From the NCBI RefSeq assembly GCF_038025025.1, contig NW_027117340.1:2356001-2420000 (forward strand): a DNA stretch of 64,000 nt, given 5' to 3'. This document shows positions 50,692 to 63,865 of the stretch, in pieces. Within the stretch, counting starts at the first letter, position 1. Every line of letters begins with the position of its first letter. Made by a program: the position numbers and the translations under genes. Origin of the DNA: Phyllosticta citribraziliensis. Taxonomy: Eukaryota. Under the pieces are notes generated by a model. That model had not been told where the DNA came from. It was given only the letters and a program-made list of their open reading frames with translations, and did not search any database.

Positions 50692-50707
50692 TTTTGCACC
50701 TTTTTTT
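50692..50707 (+). terminator. RNA polymerase III oligo-T terminator
   Basis: T4 and T7 runs just downstream of the tRNA. Confidence 0.7.
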
Positions 50708-51824
50708 GCTTCCTGTACGGGGATCTGGGTATTCATGTGGATGAGGGATGGATGCGTTGATGTGTTGTTTGATTGGATGGGGGACGGGGAGGGATGGTGG
50801 CGGGCGAGCAGATTGGGTGGACGATTAGGGGCGTGAGGGCTTTTGGTTGTGCGCGGGTGGTGCGTCTGTTGCGTTTTCTTTGGTTGTCGTTTTTGCTGCT
50901 TTGACTTTGTCTTAATATTGTTGTTGGGGTGACTGCTACTCGGGCCGACTGGTAGCTTTTGTCGGTCGACGGCGATGCGAAAGGATAGACGCACCGACAA
51001 GACTACACAGAGCATGGCAGGCATGCATGCATATCGGCAGACAACACCGTACCCTTGACTTAAATGATAGCTCCTCACTGTATATATTTGTGTTTGGCAG
51101 ACACAGTTGTTCATCCTCCCGAATCCCCATCACCCTTCTCACATATGATTTTAGCTTCATTGTTGTTAGAGAATTTGTATATAAACTCTCACGCCCGCAT
51201 CCTTTCCGCCTTTTTCCTCACAAATACGCCACGCGCTCAGTCAGAGGAAGGCCGGCACTCCCGCCTCCGCATGTGCAGACCAACAAGAAGAATAATGCAC
51301 ATGTATGGCTGGAAGGGCGGTGTATTGTCCAGTCGCTGCCGCCACCGCTGCCCAACTGAGTGACTAGACAAATATGCGTGTATACATGAACACAGCGAGG
51401 AGGTATGTACGTGGTGGCCAGAGAGGAGGCACATGCCGGTCAACCAACTGCCGCCACGCTGCGCCGCCGCCTATCTCAAGTAGAGAGAGAGAGAAAAAGA
51501 GAGAGGCAGATCTAGCTCCCACATCTCATCTCCCCGTCCGCTCCGCTAGGCATCTATCTACTACAGGTACGCTGCCATTGTTTGTGCTGTACTGCGCGCC
51601 CCCCGGCGGCCCCGAAAGCGCCGCCCGCCTGTCTATCGGTCCACACGGTAGGCGTCGACGCGGTCAATTCATGAGAGCAGGTGGATGAGAGGGAGAAGAA
51701 GGCTGGCTGGCGGTTTCTGCAGAGCATCGCCAGACGCATAGAGTAGAGACGGACGCCACGAGTCGCGAACGCCGGCGATTCGGGCTGGGGATACGCGGAG
51801 CGGGTAGACGAGAAAAATGGAGAC

Positions 51825-51851
51825 GAAGAAGAAGAAGAAGAAGAAGAAGAA
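51825..51851. repeat. (GAA)9 microsatellite
   Basis: Read directly from the sequence. Confidence 0.92.
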
Positions 51852-52617
51852 GCCCACAGCCAGAAATATAAGGTTTGTAGGTAGAAGTCTCGGTCGGTCG
51901 TGGTGCCACGCGCCAAAGCGACGACAACGACGGCCACGACCAGGGAGGAAAGGGGAAGCCGGGGTAGGCCGACAGTTAGACAGACAGACAGGGAGGATTC
52001 AGTCCACACGCCGTCAATGCAGAGACGAACGGGCAAGACAGCAAAGAAGAGACGCGTGGGATTCAGGGCCTCGACGACTCCGTCCAGCGGCAAGGCTGAA
52101 GAGGAATTCCGGCCACGTTTGGAGGATGGCGGAAACGGAGAGGGAGCGACGGAGGGGGGCATCCGCAGCGCTCACGGGTGTTGAGCCTCGTTGCTTCGCA
52201 TGGCTACGCCGTATTATGGCGACGTTGGTGCTTGAGTGCTCCCTGGCCTTGTCTCGAGGAGATTAAGCGCTCCCTCTTCATCCCTACTTTTCCCTCCTCG
52301 GGACGACCAAACGTTCTCCGTGGGTAGAGCATGTAGGCGGACGAATTCCTTAGTCGCGTGCTGCGACCTTTCGAGCCAAGACTCGAGAGAAACTAGCACG
52401 GTGGGCCTGGGGTGCCGAGAACAAACAAGGGACAGGAGGAAGCTGATTTTGGAATGGGAGGGGTCGCAAAACCCGTGACGACCGCTTGCGTCCGTAGATG
52501 CTGCGAGGCGGGACAACCAGTGAAGACGACGGATCCGTCCGCATTTGACGCACCGCACCGCACCGTCTCCTCACGCGAACAAGGCACGCACGCACGCATC
52601 ATGCTACGCACCGGCAC

Positions 52618-54022
52618 CTACTCAACCTTCATCCTATCCACTATGGCACGAATCGCGTCGGCGCCGTTGCGGCCGTGTTCGCCTACTGCCAGCTGGCCCT
52701 CCTCGACCAGCTTCAGCGCCTTTTCCCGCAACTCCCTGATGCAGCGCGCGCTGTAGTCGAAGCTGCCCTTGCGCTCCATGTACTGGACGGCGTACTTTTT
52801 GACCTCGGGATCCGTCGTCTTTTGCTTGAGCACGTTGACAAGGACCAGGTTGGACGGGTCGGCGCGGATGGCGTGGATGACGGGGAACGAGAATTTGCCT
52901 TCAGTCAAGTCCTCGGCGAAGCCTTTTTGCGCGCTCAGCCGCGCCGATTTGAGGTTCAGGTGATCGTCGAGAATCTGGAAGAGGAGGCCGATTGTGTTGA
53001 CCAGGGGAACGCAGTCGCTGCGTCGGTTAGTCCCAGGAGCGGACGAGGTTGGGCGCAGTTGGGCCGCCGCTGCTAGCTACTTACAGTTCCATGCTCGACT
53101 CGGCTTGCATCAGCTTCACGGCTAGTCGGAACAGGCCGCCCGTCTTGTTGCTCACCATCTCGAGGTAGTCGGCTTCGCTTGGGCACGTCAACGTGTCGCG
53201 CCAGAACAGATCCATGCCCTGCCCGCGGTGCAGGTTAAGTAGCTCCTCGGTGAAAATGGTCATGGCGGCGGGGTTGCGCAGCTGCGAGAGCGACTGCAGC
53301 GCGAGAAAATAGACATAGTTGGCCGAGTTGATGGTTTGTGCGGTGCCAAAGATGCTGTTCGCGACGGGCACGCCGCGGCGCAGCACGGAGCTGTCTTCGA
53401 CGTCGTCGACCCTGGTGCGTCAAATTGTCTTAGTCGCCTGCCTAGCAAATGTCCAAAACCGTGCATGGGCTTACAGTAACGACGCCGTGTGCAGCATGCC
53501 CACGACCTTGGTGATCATGTCCAGCGACTTTTCCGGCACCTGCAGCCAGGCATTAAAGGCCGTGATGAGCTGCGTGCGAATGTCCTTTCCCGGATGCCCG
53601 TACAGGTACTCGTAAGGCCCCAGCAGTATACGCTCCTTGTCTGCCGACCAACCGGTCGAGCCCTTGTTATTGATGAGGTCTTGGTCGATGCCCTTGAGCG
53701 GGTCCGGGGGCGGAGGCGTCATTGGTACGGGGTATTGGTGTGTTTGGTGGAGCTGCTCGGGCGAGGTCGAGGTCGAGGGCGAGGACATGGTGTTGTTGGA
53801 TTGGGTTGGAGCGGACATGGAGGATGCGGGGCGCGAGTTCTTGCCCGACGAAATCCAGTCGACCTCGGAGAGCGGGCGCAGGACGGATCGCTGGGGCGAG
53901 GAGCGCTTGGGGGAGATGGACGACTGGCGGTGGTTACTGTTGAGGATGCCACCGTAAGACGAAGAGCGGGGCGGTATGGCGTTGGGGGACTGCAGGCTGT
54001 GGGCGCTGCCAGCCGTGGCCAT
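52618..54022 (-). CDS. ggs1: Geranylgeranyl diphosphate synthase (al-3/BTS1/ggs1 type); 3 exons (54022-53475, 53411-53085, 53017-52618)
   Basis: [61 protein letters not shown] and [11 protein letters not shown]; Ser/Pro-rich N-terminal extension. Confidence 0.95.
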
Positions 54023-55065
54023 GGCTACTTAATAATAACAGAGGTGTACTATGCGGGACGGGCGACTCGGGGGTAGCTCCAGTGAGCTAGGAAGGAGGTC
54101 GGTTCGGCAGGACGTGTCTCAGAGTTGACAGAGGCGAGGGCAGAGGTTTGAGCGATGGCGGTGTCGATGCGAGACTGGAAGATGGTTGGGTGTTTGAGGC
54201 AGCGCAGAAGAAACAGGAGCTCGTGTCGTGGATAGGATACGGTGGGATAGGATTGGAGCCCGGGTCGCGCAGGTAAGGTAGAGAACGCGTGGGGATGACG
54301 CTGTGACAAAGTCAGGGATCGCCCGTCACATGCCATCCGGGTGATCGACCACCGCAGACCTCACCACCACCTCGACTCCCGTCACCTCACGACTTGTCAA
54401 TTCACCATCAGGGGCAGCACTTGGCTACCCGCCCGCCCCCTTGACGACCGGCACACCACAGCATTGCAAAATCGAACATGGTAGGATGCTGACTCGCATC
54501 AAGACCGCAGTTGGTTGCAGGAGGAGCGCAGCAGGAACAACGCCATAAGACCACGTGGACGCCCTCCTTGCCTCCAATCCATCCTCAACTTGCGCTGCAT
54601 GTCCCAATCGGACACACCAAACTCGTGGCCATGCATGCATGTCAAGGCTGCAGACGGATGCTCCGCATTCGGTTGCCCTTGCTCTAGCTACCAGCCTCGG
54701 TTCCGCCAGCGTCATGTCAAGAGGATATTAAATCATTATCCTACACCACTCTAAAGGTGCTCGTCTCAAGCCACTGCCTCTAGGACAATGAGGTGGGCGT
54801 AATGGTCGTTATCGCCAAGAAATGAATCCAAAGAACCCTCCTCCCATGACGTCTGCATACGCTGCAGTTGCTCGTGTATTCCATTCCATCAGGCCCCAAT
54901 GTTCCGCAGAAAAATGAGCAGAGTCGTTTAAACAAGGCGGACGGGGAATCTCGTCTCTTCGTGAGTCCGTCAATGAAAACGCCAAAGTCGAAGCAAATGT
55001 CGAAATCCAAAAGGGGCTCGGGCCACGTCCGAAATGATGCAAGAATCCAACCTCTTTCAAAACTC

Positions 55066-56611
55066 TCAGACCACGGCCTTGCCTCTCCAGACCCCATCTT
55101 CACTATCCCTGCTCCTTGCACTGTCGACGCTTCCTCTGCTTCCCAAGCCCTCGAGCCAGTCCACAACGCCCACCTCGGGCTTGTGGATCCTCACGCACCA
55201 CAGAAACCAATCTTCGAGCCACAGCAGATTCAACAGAATCCTGTTGCCCTTCCATGCAAGCCAGCAGACCAAGGCTCCGGCGACGGCGTCGAGGACAAAG
55301 TGGTTTGCCGTGGCGACAATGGCGACGAGGATGGTGAGCGGGTAGAGGATGCCGACGAGGACGCATGCGACGCGGCGCGGAGAGGGGAGACGAAGACGGA
55401 GAAAGGGAAGTGGACCACGGACGACAATCGGACGCGCGTGATGCGGGGGGAGGGGGATCGTGAGAATCGTCAGGCCGATGAGGAGAGAGTAGCCAAAGTG
55501 AAGAGAGGGCATGGCAGCTGCGAAGGGATTAGCTGGCTTATTTTGGGCAAGTTTAAGGTTTCCATACCATATTGGTTGCAGAATTTGTTCTGCGTCCAGA
55601 CGCTGCCCGCGCCGTCGGCACCATGGACCGTGTCGACAAAGCCGTAGCTGCGCGCCTCCTTGCCAACGTCACCGGGGACGTCGGGGTCGCTCAGCAGGCG
55701 AGGGGGCATGCAGGGCCATAGGGTAAAGACGATAAAGGCGATGAGGTTGCACACGGCCATGGTGCGTCGGCGCGCTTCATAGAGACGGGGGCCGGCAGGG
55801 CTGCCCTCAATTTCCCCGTAACGCTTGCCAGCTTGGCGCTCGTCGAGGCGGTTGCGGGTCGTGGTGAAGTAGTAGAGCCAGACCAGGAAGAGAATGGTGC
55901 CGGGAATGTGAATAAAGGAGTAGATGCGGTTGATCCATGTCAGGGCGGTAGGGTGCTTGAGAAAAAAGTGCTGGACGGCTAGCTCGTGGAAGATGTGAAG
56001 CTTTTGCTCGATATGGATAAGCTGCAGGGCATGTTTGCGGGCCACATCGACGGTGCCTTCGACGAGGGTGACGGCGGTGAACGCTCGACCGAGCTGGTAT
56101 ACCTGTTGGACGATGTCAAAATAAGCCTTGGATCGAGTTGGGTGGTTGGAATGGAAATTGAATGCCAGAACCCTGGCGCGGGTCGGGGCGAGCGAGGCAG
56201 TGCAAAGAAACCCCAGGCAAAGCATACCCAGTAAATCAAAGCCCAGTACCACGCTTCTACCAGAAACGGCAACTTGTTTAACAAGCGGCTCAAGAAGCGA
56301 TCCTTGAAGACTCGGGTGTTTGGCGACGTCACGGCGCGGCGGAATCCAAACAACTGCAACTCGCGCTTCCTCCAGCGGTCTTCTTGCGGCTGGGGAGATG
56401 GCAGGCGACGCGGGAGCAGGCCATCGACAGCCGTGGGACTCTCGAGACCAGATTCGATGCTGTCTGGCGAGTCGCTGCGGGCGTGGCTGGGGCGATATCT
56501 GTCGTGGCGCGAGGAGGCGAAAAGACGGTACTCGGAGTTGCGGTTGATCCACGTGCCGCCAAACAACAGAGTCACGACGACGAGAGGTTCTATAAAGGCG
56601 CCTGCGCCCAT
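55066..56611 (-). CDS. Aur1/Ipt1-like PAP2-family integral membrane phosphotransferase; 3 exons (56611-56228, 56102-55568, 55517-55066)
   Basis: PFLVEAWYWALIYW|VYQ, YSFIHIP, PCMPPRL, NQYAAMPSLHFGY and TANHFVLDAV are PAP2_3 catalytic motifs. Confidence 0.9.
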
Positions 56612-57120
56612 GGTGAGGGCCGAAGAGGAGCACGCAGAGCAGGGTAGGAGTAGAAAAGAGGGAGGCAAAGAGGTCGCGTGACAGGCGAGGACAAGATATG
56701 GGAGAGACGGCGTGTACGTGGATGGGATGGAGCTGAGGATGACAAGAAAGAGCGAAGCACAAGAGATATCTACTGTAACAACCCGACAGGACAGGCGCCT
56801 ACCCTACCTAGAACAAAGCCAAGGGGCGTGCACACCTCAGCGATGATTACTGCTGCCGGTGCTGACCTGACAGGAAGACCGACGGGACTGCCGCTGACGA
56901 CTGGTTTACCACCCACCCACGACCAGACCTCACCTCACGGGCACTTGGACACCCGAAGCTCCGGATGTGCCTGGTTGACCTTGTCTTGACGCCCGTCTTT
57001 GTCCGCCAATCTCTTGTCGCCGTCCGGAATCGCATGGAACCAGAGAAGCCGTCATCTGACAGCTGCATGCTAGCCTCGAAGCGGTCAACAGGCGCACGAC
57101 AGGATACAACTGAGGCGACA

Positions 57121-57157
57121 CGGCTCACGGCTCACGGCTCACGGCTCGCGGCTCACG
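57121..57157. repeat. (CGGCTCA)5 heptanucleotide repeat, one unit imperfect
   Basis: Read directly from the sequence. Confidence 0.88.
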
Positions 57158-58403
57158 CCCTCGACCGAATTACAAACACATCTGGATGGATAACGCCCCG
57201 CCTGGTCCGTTCGCCTTGCCGACCATCATCCTCAGCTCATCCATGCCGTTCCATGCGCAGGGCTCTGTATTACTTGCCCCGTCTCTCGCTGCCCTCGCAT
57301 TCTTGACGTACCTACATCAACACACACAACAACCAATCCCCGCCACCGCCGTTGGATTCTGCGTCCTTGGAAAAAGAAACCAGCAAGCAAAACAAAACAG
57401 AAAAAACGGCCGCCGAGTCCGCCGCCCACAAAATTTCCACGACCCTGGTCCCGGTCCCGGTTCCGGTCCCGGGAGCTTTCTGACCTCCCGTCGCTCTCGC
57501 CGTCCGTCCATCGACGACAAGAAGATTCGTTTAATGCGGGCAGCTCCAGTACCAAGCCCGCCGCCTTGCGGTCAGTGTCCTGCCAAGACCAGCCCAAATA
57601 AACGAAGCGACTCGTGTGGATCCGAACGCGTACGACCGCACGTTACCCCATTCTGAACATGGCCAATTTTTTCTCCCACTCCTCTCTCACGTCCGGCTTC
57701 GCGGGTCCCAGCTACACACAAGAAAGACAAGCAGAGCACCGACTGGGCAAACAAAGTAGCAATCAAGCTTCGACCCGAACCTCCGTCTTTCGTCCAGCTC
57801 GGTACCTATCCTAATCTACCAACAGCGGGTCCCCAGCAAACGCCCACATGCAAACACCATGAACGACAAGGAAAATAAGGCCGACGTGATGCCCCGTCCC
57901 GATCGATGCGCAAACCACTCCACAGACACAGCAGTCCAGACAAACACAAACACCACGGAAATAAAAAACAAAATATTACCAACACATCCGTCTCGTATAG
58001 TATCCCCGAGCTCCGTCGGCCGTCTCGGTCTTCCGTCGCAGCTGGACCATCCAGATCCGAATCCGAGATCCCGCTTGGCCCCCCCTCTATCTACCCCGGC
58101 GGCCAATGATGGGTCACAAACGCCCGGGTAGCTGCGGATAGCGCCGCCCGCCTCCGTGTTGAGGTATGTGTGTGAGCCATGTCGTCTTGAAGCTTGATCT
58201 CCGCCGCCGCCGTGAACATGTGGCTCACGAAAACTCGACCGCCACCGAGCGCTTACAGGGCTGTCCTTCAATGCCAGCCTGCTTGGTAGTTGCGTGCTGG
58301 TCATGGACATTTCTTGATCTTTCGAGCACGCGCCATGCCCAACAGCTCCATGTCCATGCTCCATCAATTCTTTTCTTCTTGGTCTTCGTCAGTCGCATCA
58401 TCA

Positions 58404-59566
58404 TCATAGCAGTGCGCCCAGCACCCCAACACCGGCCCCCAATCCCGCCCCCACGTAGTGCCATCCAGGCGTGGGTTGCGCGCCCGCCACGTTGTCGACG
58501 GCCGTCGACCAGATGCCCAGCCCGATGCTGCCGCTGCCTGCCGACGACATTTGGTCGGGGACGGCGGCAAACGTCATGCGGAGAACGGTTGGCGTCCATG
58601 TTGGCGACCCGTTCGTCAACCACACCTCAACCCACATGGTGGTGGTCGAGACGCTGGCCGTAGGCCCCGTTGTCACGGTCGACGAGGGCGCTGCCGTGAC
58701 CGCGTCGGCTGCGTCCGTGGCCGCCGTCGTGGTCGTCGATGGCAAAAGACTAGTCGAGGAAGTCGAAGATGAAGTGGTTGAGGTGGTTGAAGTCGTCGAT
58801 GAAGAGGTAGCGGCGGCTGCCGGCGCGGCGGCTCCAGCTGCGGCCTGATCATCCGTAGCTACGCTTGAGCTTGACGATAAGCTTGTTGACGACGCTGCTG
58901 CCACCGGGGCCCCCCCTGCGAGGGTCGAGGTGGAACTGCTGACGGCGGAGGTCGAGGACAAGGCGGCTTCGCCCGCCGCGGTGGTTGAGGTGTCTGTGGA
59001 GATGGGGGCCTGACGGAGTCTGTGTGCGTGGAACCCCAGAGTAGGGTCCTTGTGTTAGCCGGATTCGTGTGTGGGGATTTGCACGAGTGCACGAGGTCGG
59101 GCGATGGAAAGAAAAAAACCAAAAAAATTTGCTCCATGGTCGTGGCAAGCCAAAGACCAAAAGGGAAAACAAGGCTTTACTTCGACAGAGTGTGGACTCG
59201 AAGTGATCACTAATTTGATCCTTTGAGGCAAGGAAGTAGATATCCCGACTCCCCGCCAGAAGAGACAAGACGTCCGAGTACACACGTCCGCAGAATGTAA
59301 TCGATAGTACCATGTCCACTGACATGGAACCTGGGCAGGGAAAGGATTTGGGGGACTCAGGATACTTACTCGAGATTCGCCGCCGGAGCTGCCAATGGCA
59401 AGACGACCGTGGGATCCGAAGCCATGGACGCCGCAGCTTCGGCCGCATCCGTCATAGTGGGCGCCGCCACGTCCTCTGGGACAGGAGCCACGGCTGCGGC
59501 GGCGGCGGTGGCGGCGGGCATCAAGAAGACGCCAAGTGCCACGCTTAGTGCGGTCAATGAACGCAT
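58404..59566 (-). CDS. Kre1-like Ser/Thr-rich GPI-anchored cell-wall protein; 2 exons (59566-59370, 59019-58404)
   Basis: Signal MRSLTALSVALGVFLMPAATAA. A 350-nt GTAAGT..GCTAAC..CAG intron joins it in frame to an S/T-rich exon ending TWTPTVLRMTFAAVPDQMSSAGSGSIGLG (Kre1-type motif) and a hydrophobic GPI tail. Confidence 0.78.
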
Positions 59567-59658
59567 GATGTTGATGATGCTTGACTGCTATAGGCTTTCC
59601 CCGCCTTTAGATCCAAGGGGATGGTTAGGCTGGTTCGAAGCGGAGAGCTGAGGCTTGC

Positions 59659-59682
59659 GGTGGTGGTGGTGGTGGTGGTGGT
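59659..59682. repeat. (GGT)8 microsatellite upstream of the Kre1-like gene
   Basis: Read directly from the sequence. Confidence 0.9.
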
Positions 59683-61835
59683 GGCGCAGTAGTACGGACG
59701 ACCAGACGGATGGGTCCTGACAAGTCTCTCTTTTTTGTCGTTGTCGAGAGCTTGGGGTGAATCGTGTGATGATCACCACTGACTACCAGTCGGCTGGATC
59801 TCTTGGTGGAGTGATTTTTGTAAAGACCGAGGTCGATGCGTTTGACAGGACGGACCGCGAGGTAGGTCGAGCAGCAGTAGCAGCACAATCAGTTGATCCA
59901 CTTCGAGTGTCCACGAGCGAGACGGACCGGGCCGCGATCAAGCAGGGACGGGCGGAACCACTGCGGAGCCGTGTAGATGGAGAAGAGCAAGGACAGGCGG
60001 ACAGAAGGCAGGGCGATGACGGTTCTCCTCCAATTCAAACGAAGGGACTGATGGACGGCGGCGGCACGGGACACGAGAGACAACAGAAAAGACGACGACG
60101 GACACAGCGGCAAGCCAAAAAGACTTGGGTGAAAGCGCAAGAGAAAGAGAGAAAGGGGGAACAGAAGAGACAAAGACGGGAAAGAAAAAAACAGACCTAC
60201 CAGATCACGGACATGATGTGCTATCGCGGAAGAGGCGACTCCACCTCTCTCAACGGAGGAGAACCCACAGACTCACGACAACACCCAACGGCAGCAAGCA
60301 AGCGGACATCGTGAGCCAGAGTCAGAGCGCAGGCTCATCAAAGGACGGGGCGCAGCGCGAGCTAGCTGCGTTATCGCGGCGTTGTCGTTGCGTTTTGGCC
60401 CCACACACACCATGGTGAGTACGGGCGCACACGCTTTCTCCCTCTCTTTTATTTTTATTTTGCCTCCAACTTCCTTCAATCCAGTTTCACCAGGCTCTTA
60501 GGCACGACGGATGGCCTCGGGAGCGTTTGCGTTGCGGTGAATGTGGCTGTGGTTGCGCTCGCTTGGTCGTGGTCCCCATCTATCGTGCCGGGCATCCGTT
60601 GTAGTGGACGCGAGAGTGAGAGAGAGGGAACACCAACAGAAGAAGGTGGGATGCCGCATCTGATCCAACCTTACAAATCGAGTACGGGTAGAGGAGAGCA
60701 GTGCGCGTGGTGGAGTCGTGGGCTGAGCAGGGCTGATCAGCCCGTCGACACGCATGCAGCACTCGTCAACCGCAGCACAACAGCACTTCTCTTTCTTTCG
60801 TTCCTGCTGGGGCTTGTCGTCTTTGCCTATCGGAAACAGACCGGCTCTGAATGAGAAAGGGATTAACATTGTCGCTTGGCACGAAGTCAAGGACAAAAAG
60901 AGCCTTCAACATCGTGCATCCGGACAAGAGTGGCGGACATGATGATGACAGGGAGGGCAAGGCAGCCGAGATAGGGCGAAGGCGAGAACCGAACGAAGGG
61001 TCTCCGTGGCCCCAGCGTGCGCAAGCAGACGTCGGTGGATAGCACCACGACAACTCGCCGCGCGTTCGCCTTGTCGAATTGCGTCTTCCAGTCTCGCACA
61101 CATAGCCAGCGCCGTTGACACCTCATCCTATTCAATCGACGAGAGAGGTGTGGTCAAGGAATGTGGAGATGCCGAGAAAGAAGCCAGGAAGATTGAAACC
61201 AAACAACAAGGAAGCGACGTCTCGATTTTTTCGGCTGCTGAGAGGCATTTCCTCGGCATCCATCTCGGGCCCGTCCGCACTGACTTGCATCTCGCGAGTC
61301 AGAAAGTATTGCAAGGAAGTGCCATGTGCAGGCCCGAGAGCTCCATGGATGTGCCATGCACCTGCACCACACACCACTACTCTCGACTCTTGTCACGCAC
61401 CAGAAGCGTCTACAGAGAATGAGAGGCTTTGAATGGTTTATCGGGCAGATTTGACCGACCTGCCATCCTTTGAGGCCATACTGAACACACCATGAAGAGG
61501 ACAAAGACCTGGGGAAAAATCCACAGAGAGAGGAGGCAGCAAGTAAGTTATGGACCACCATTCAAAGACGGTGGTGGTGGTGATGGTATTGAATTGGAGA
61601 GAACTCCTCCATGCTACCAATCAGCCGGCAGCTGCGATGGCGCATTCAACGCCTTTTGAGGTGAACCAGGAGATGTAGCGCCGTGGTAATGCAACCAACA
61701 AGTGACCCATGTAAAAAGACTCCCGCCGCCCGTTTATCCATCCATCCATCCATGCTTTTTGACCCAATGATGACCACCTGTACGCCTCGACCGGGTTGTG
61801 CTTGTTCCCCCCGGCCCACAGTCCCACCGACAGTA

Positions 61836-63865
61836 CTAACCGACAATCTCCTCAAAGTCGGGCGTGACGACGAACTTGCCAAAGACGCGGCCGAAGCTCA
61901 TGGCCTGCCCGGCGTCGCGCCCGACGCGCTCCTCCTGCGGGTCGATTTTGGAAATGACAATGTCCTGCAAGAAGCTGGCCTCCATGCCGGCGTGCAGCTC
62001 GAGGCTCGTGCCGCCCCAGTCGAGCGTCGTGCGGCCGCTCTCGTGAACGCGGAGCTTGCCCACCTTGCCGCTGGACAGCACGGTTGGGAGGTCTGGGCTG
62101 ACTTGGTCGAGTCCCGAGGGGCCGTCGTCTTCGATCTTGACGGCTGGCTGCTGCGGCTGCTTGTTGGATGACTCGGCCGTGGCAGCAGCGGGCGCGTCGA
62201 CGTCGTGAGGGTGCGTGGGCGAAGTTGGCTCGGGCTTGACCGTGTCCTTGACTGTGAGACTGGGCAAGACGGGCGGGAATTGAAAGAGGTAGACGCGGTC
62301 TTGACGGTTGTCGATGGCTTCTTGCTTGGGCTCGGTCTGTTCTTTGGGAGTGCCTTCGTTCATGGCAGTATCGCCGTCAGCATCGCGGGGCGTGCTAGTG
62401 TCCGCGTCTGCGGCAGGCTCACGCGGAGGGACGATGGTGCCGAGTTCCTTTGCGACACTCTCCCTGGCCTCGAGGATACGCGCCTGTTCAGCCTTTTCCT
62501 CCTCGGTGTGGGCGACGAATTCGCCCCAGCGCGGCTTTCTGCGCGACTTCATCCTGGGCTTGGTTTTGCGAGACAGCTCGGGCGACGACGGGGCGTCCTT
62601 GATGGGCGCTTCTGGAATGTCCGTCGGGATGGCCGAGTCTTCGGTGGGCTCGTCCTTGATGTTGACGACGCCGTCTTCGTTTTCCCAGCCCCAGGCGCCT
62701 CTCCAGTGAGCCTGCTCGCCGGTCACCTGAACGTCCTTGGCCTTTTGTTTGCCCTTCTTGCTGGAAGAAGCACCGTCCTCGGTTTTGATTTCAGGATCAC
62801 CTGGCGCCTCGGCGACGATTTTGCGTGCGGCGTTGTGGTGCTCCCGGCGCTGAAGACGGACAGGCGCGAGGCCAGTGTTGTTGTTTCTTGACCTCTGCTG
62901 GGCAGGTCCTTCCCCGGTTATTTCCAAATCGTCAAATTCGTCCTTGATGTTGATCCTGTCCACGTCGATGCGCGGGCCCAAAGAATCGGCTTCTGGGTCT
63001 GATGAAATGTATCCTCCGTCCTCAGCCTCGGGTTGTTCACCATCGCCCCCCTCGCTCTTGACAACTGGCTTGCGCCTGCTGCTGCCCGACGAGAATCCTG
63101 CGCCAGATGACTTTCCACGGTGGATCATGAGCCGGCTCTGGTCTGTCCGCCTGTTAGCTGCGCCCACCACACCACATAGGCTCATAAACACTCACCAATG
63201 CCAGTCGCCCAGCCCTCTGTGAAGATACCCTCCTCCTTGTGCTGCTCCCTTGACCCCATGAAGCCGCCCCTACCACCCCTTCCGCCACGGTCACCACCAC
63301 GTCCACGTCCGCGCCCACGATCCCCACGGCCTCTTCCGGCGCCCGCAGCCCTGGCTTCCGAGTTCAACTGCGCCATCTTTTCTCTCCTTTTCGCCTGCGC
63401 CTCGGCCTCCATTGCCTCTCTCTCTTCCTTGCTCCGTCTTCCCTTGAATGTCGGCATCCTAGCCATGGCCTTGGCCTTCTTGCCACCCCTTGCGCCCTCC
63501 GTAGCGCCCGATAAAGCAGGCGATGCCGCAGCAGAAGGCGCGCTACTGGCAGCCGAAGCCATTGCGGCAGTGTTTTCGGGTTCCGAGGCTCCAGCGGCTG
63601 TGTCGGCGGCCTCTGTGTTGGTCGTTGTCGCGTCCGCCTCGCCCGCACCCGTCATGTCCACGTCGGTCGTGGGAGCGGTAGACGTTGGCGCCACTGCAGG
63701 CTCATCCTTCGGCACGAAGAGCGACTCTTCCTCGTTGGCTTGCGGTTCCGCCTCGGTAGCTTCTGGGCGGCTCTCGGATGCAGCTTTTGCGCCGCGGCCA
63801 CGACCACGGCCTCTGGGATTCGTTGTGCCTCGCTTGGCGCGAGCGGTGCCCCGCTTGGGAGGCAT
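61836..63865 (-). CDS. rpc4: RNA polymerase III subunit Rpc4/C53; 2 exons (63865-63196, 63142-61836)
   Basis: C-terminal domain VYLFQFPPVLP..GKVGKLRVHESGRTTLDWGG..FLQD..FGRVFGKFVVTPDF; N-terminal PTFKGRRSKEER and RGG repeats; 53-nt intron 63195-63143. Confidence 0.92.

Noticed and set aside
52618..54022. GGPP synthase as the core of a diterpene or indole-diterpene cluster
   Set aside because: No cyclase, P450, FAD monooxygenase or prenyltransferase nearby; it looks like the primary-metabolism al-3/BTS1 type.
63143..63153. Alternative proximal acceptor (CTAACAG) in rpc4 that would create a premature stop; similar cases in the GH43 and PanE introns
   Set aside because: An AG immediately after the branch point is normally skipped; ordinary intron architecture.
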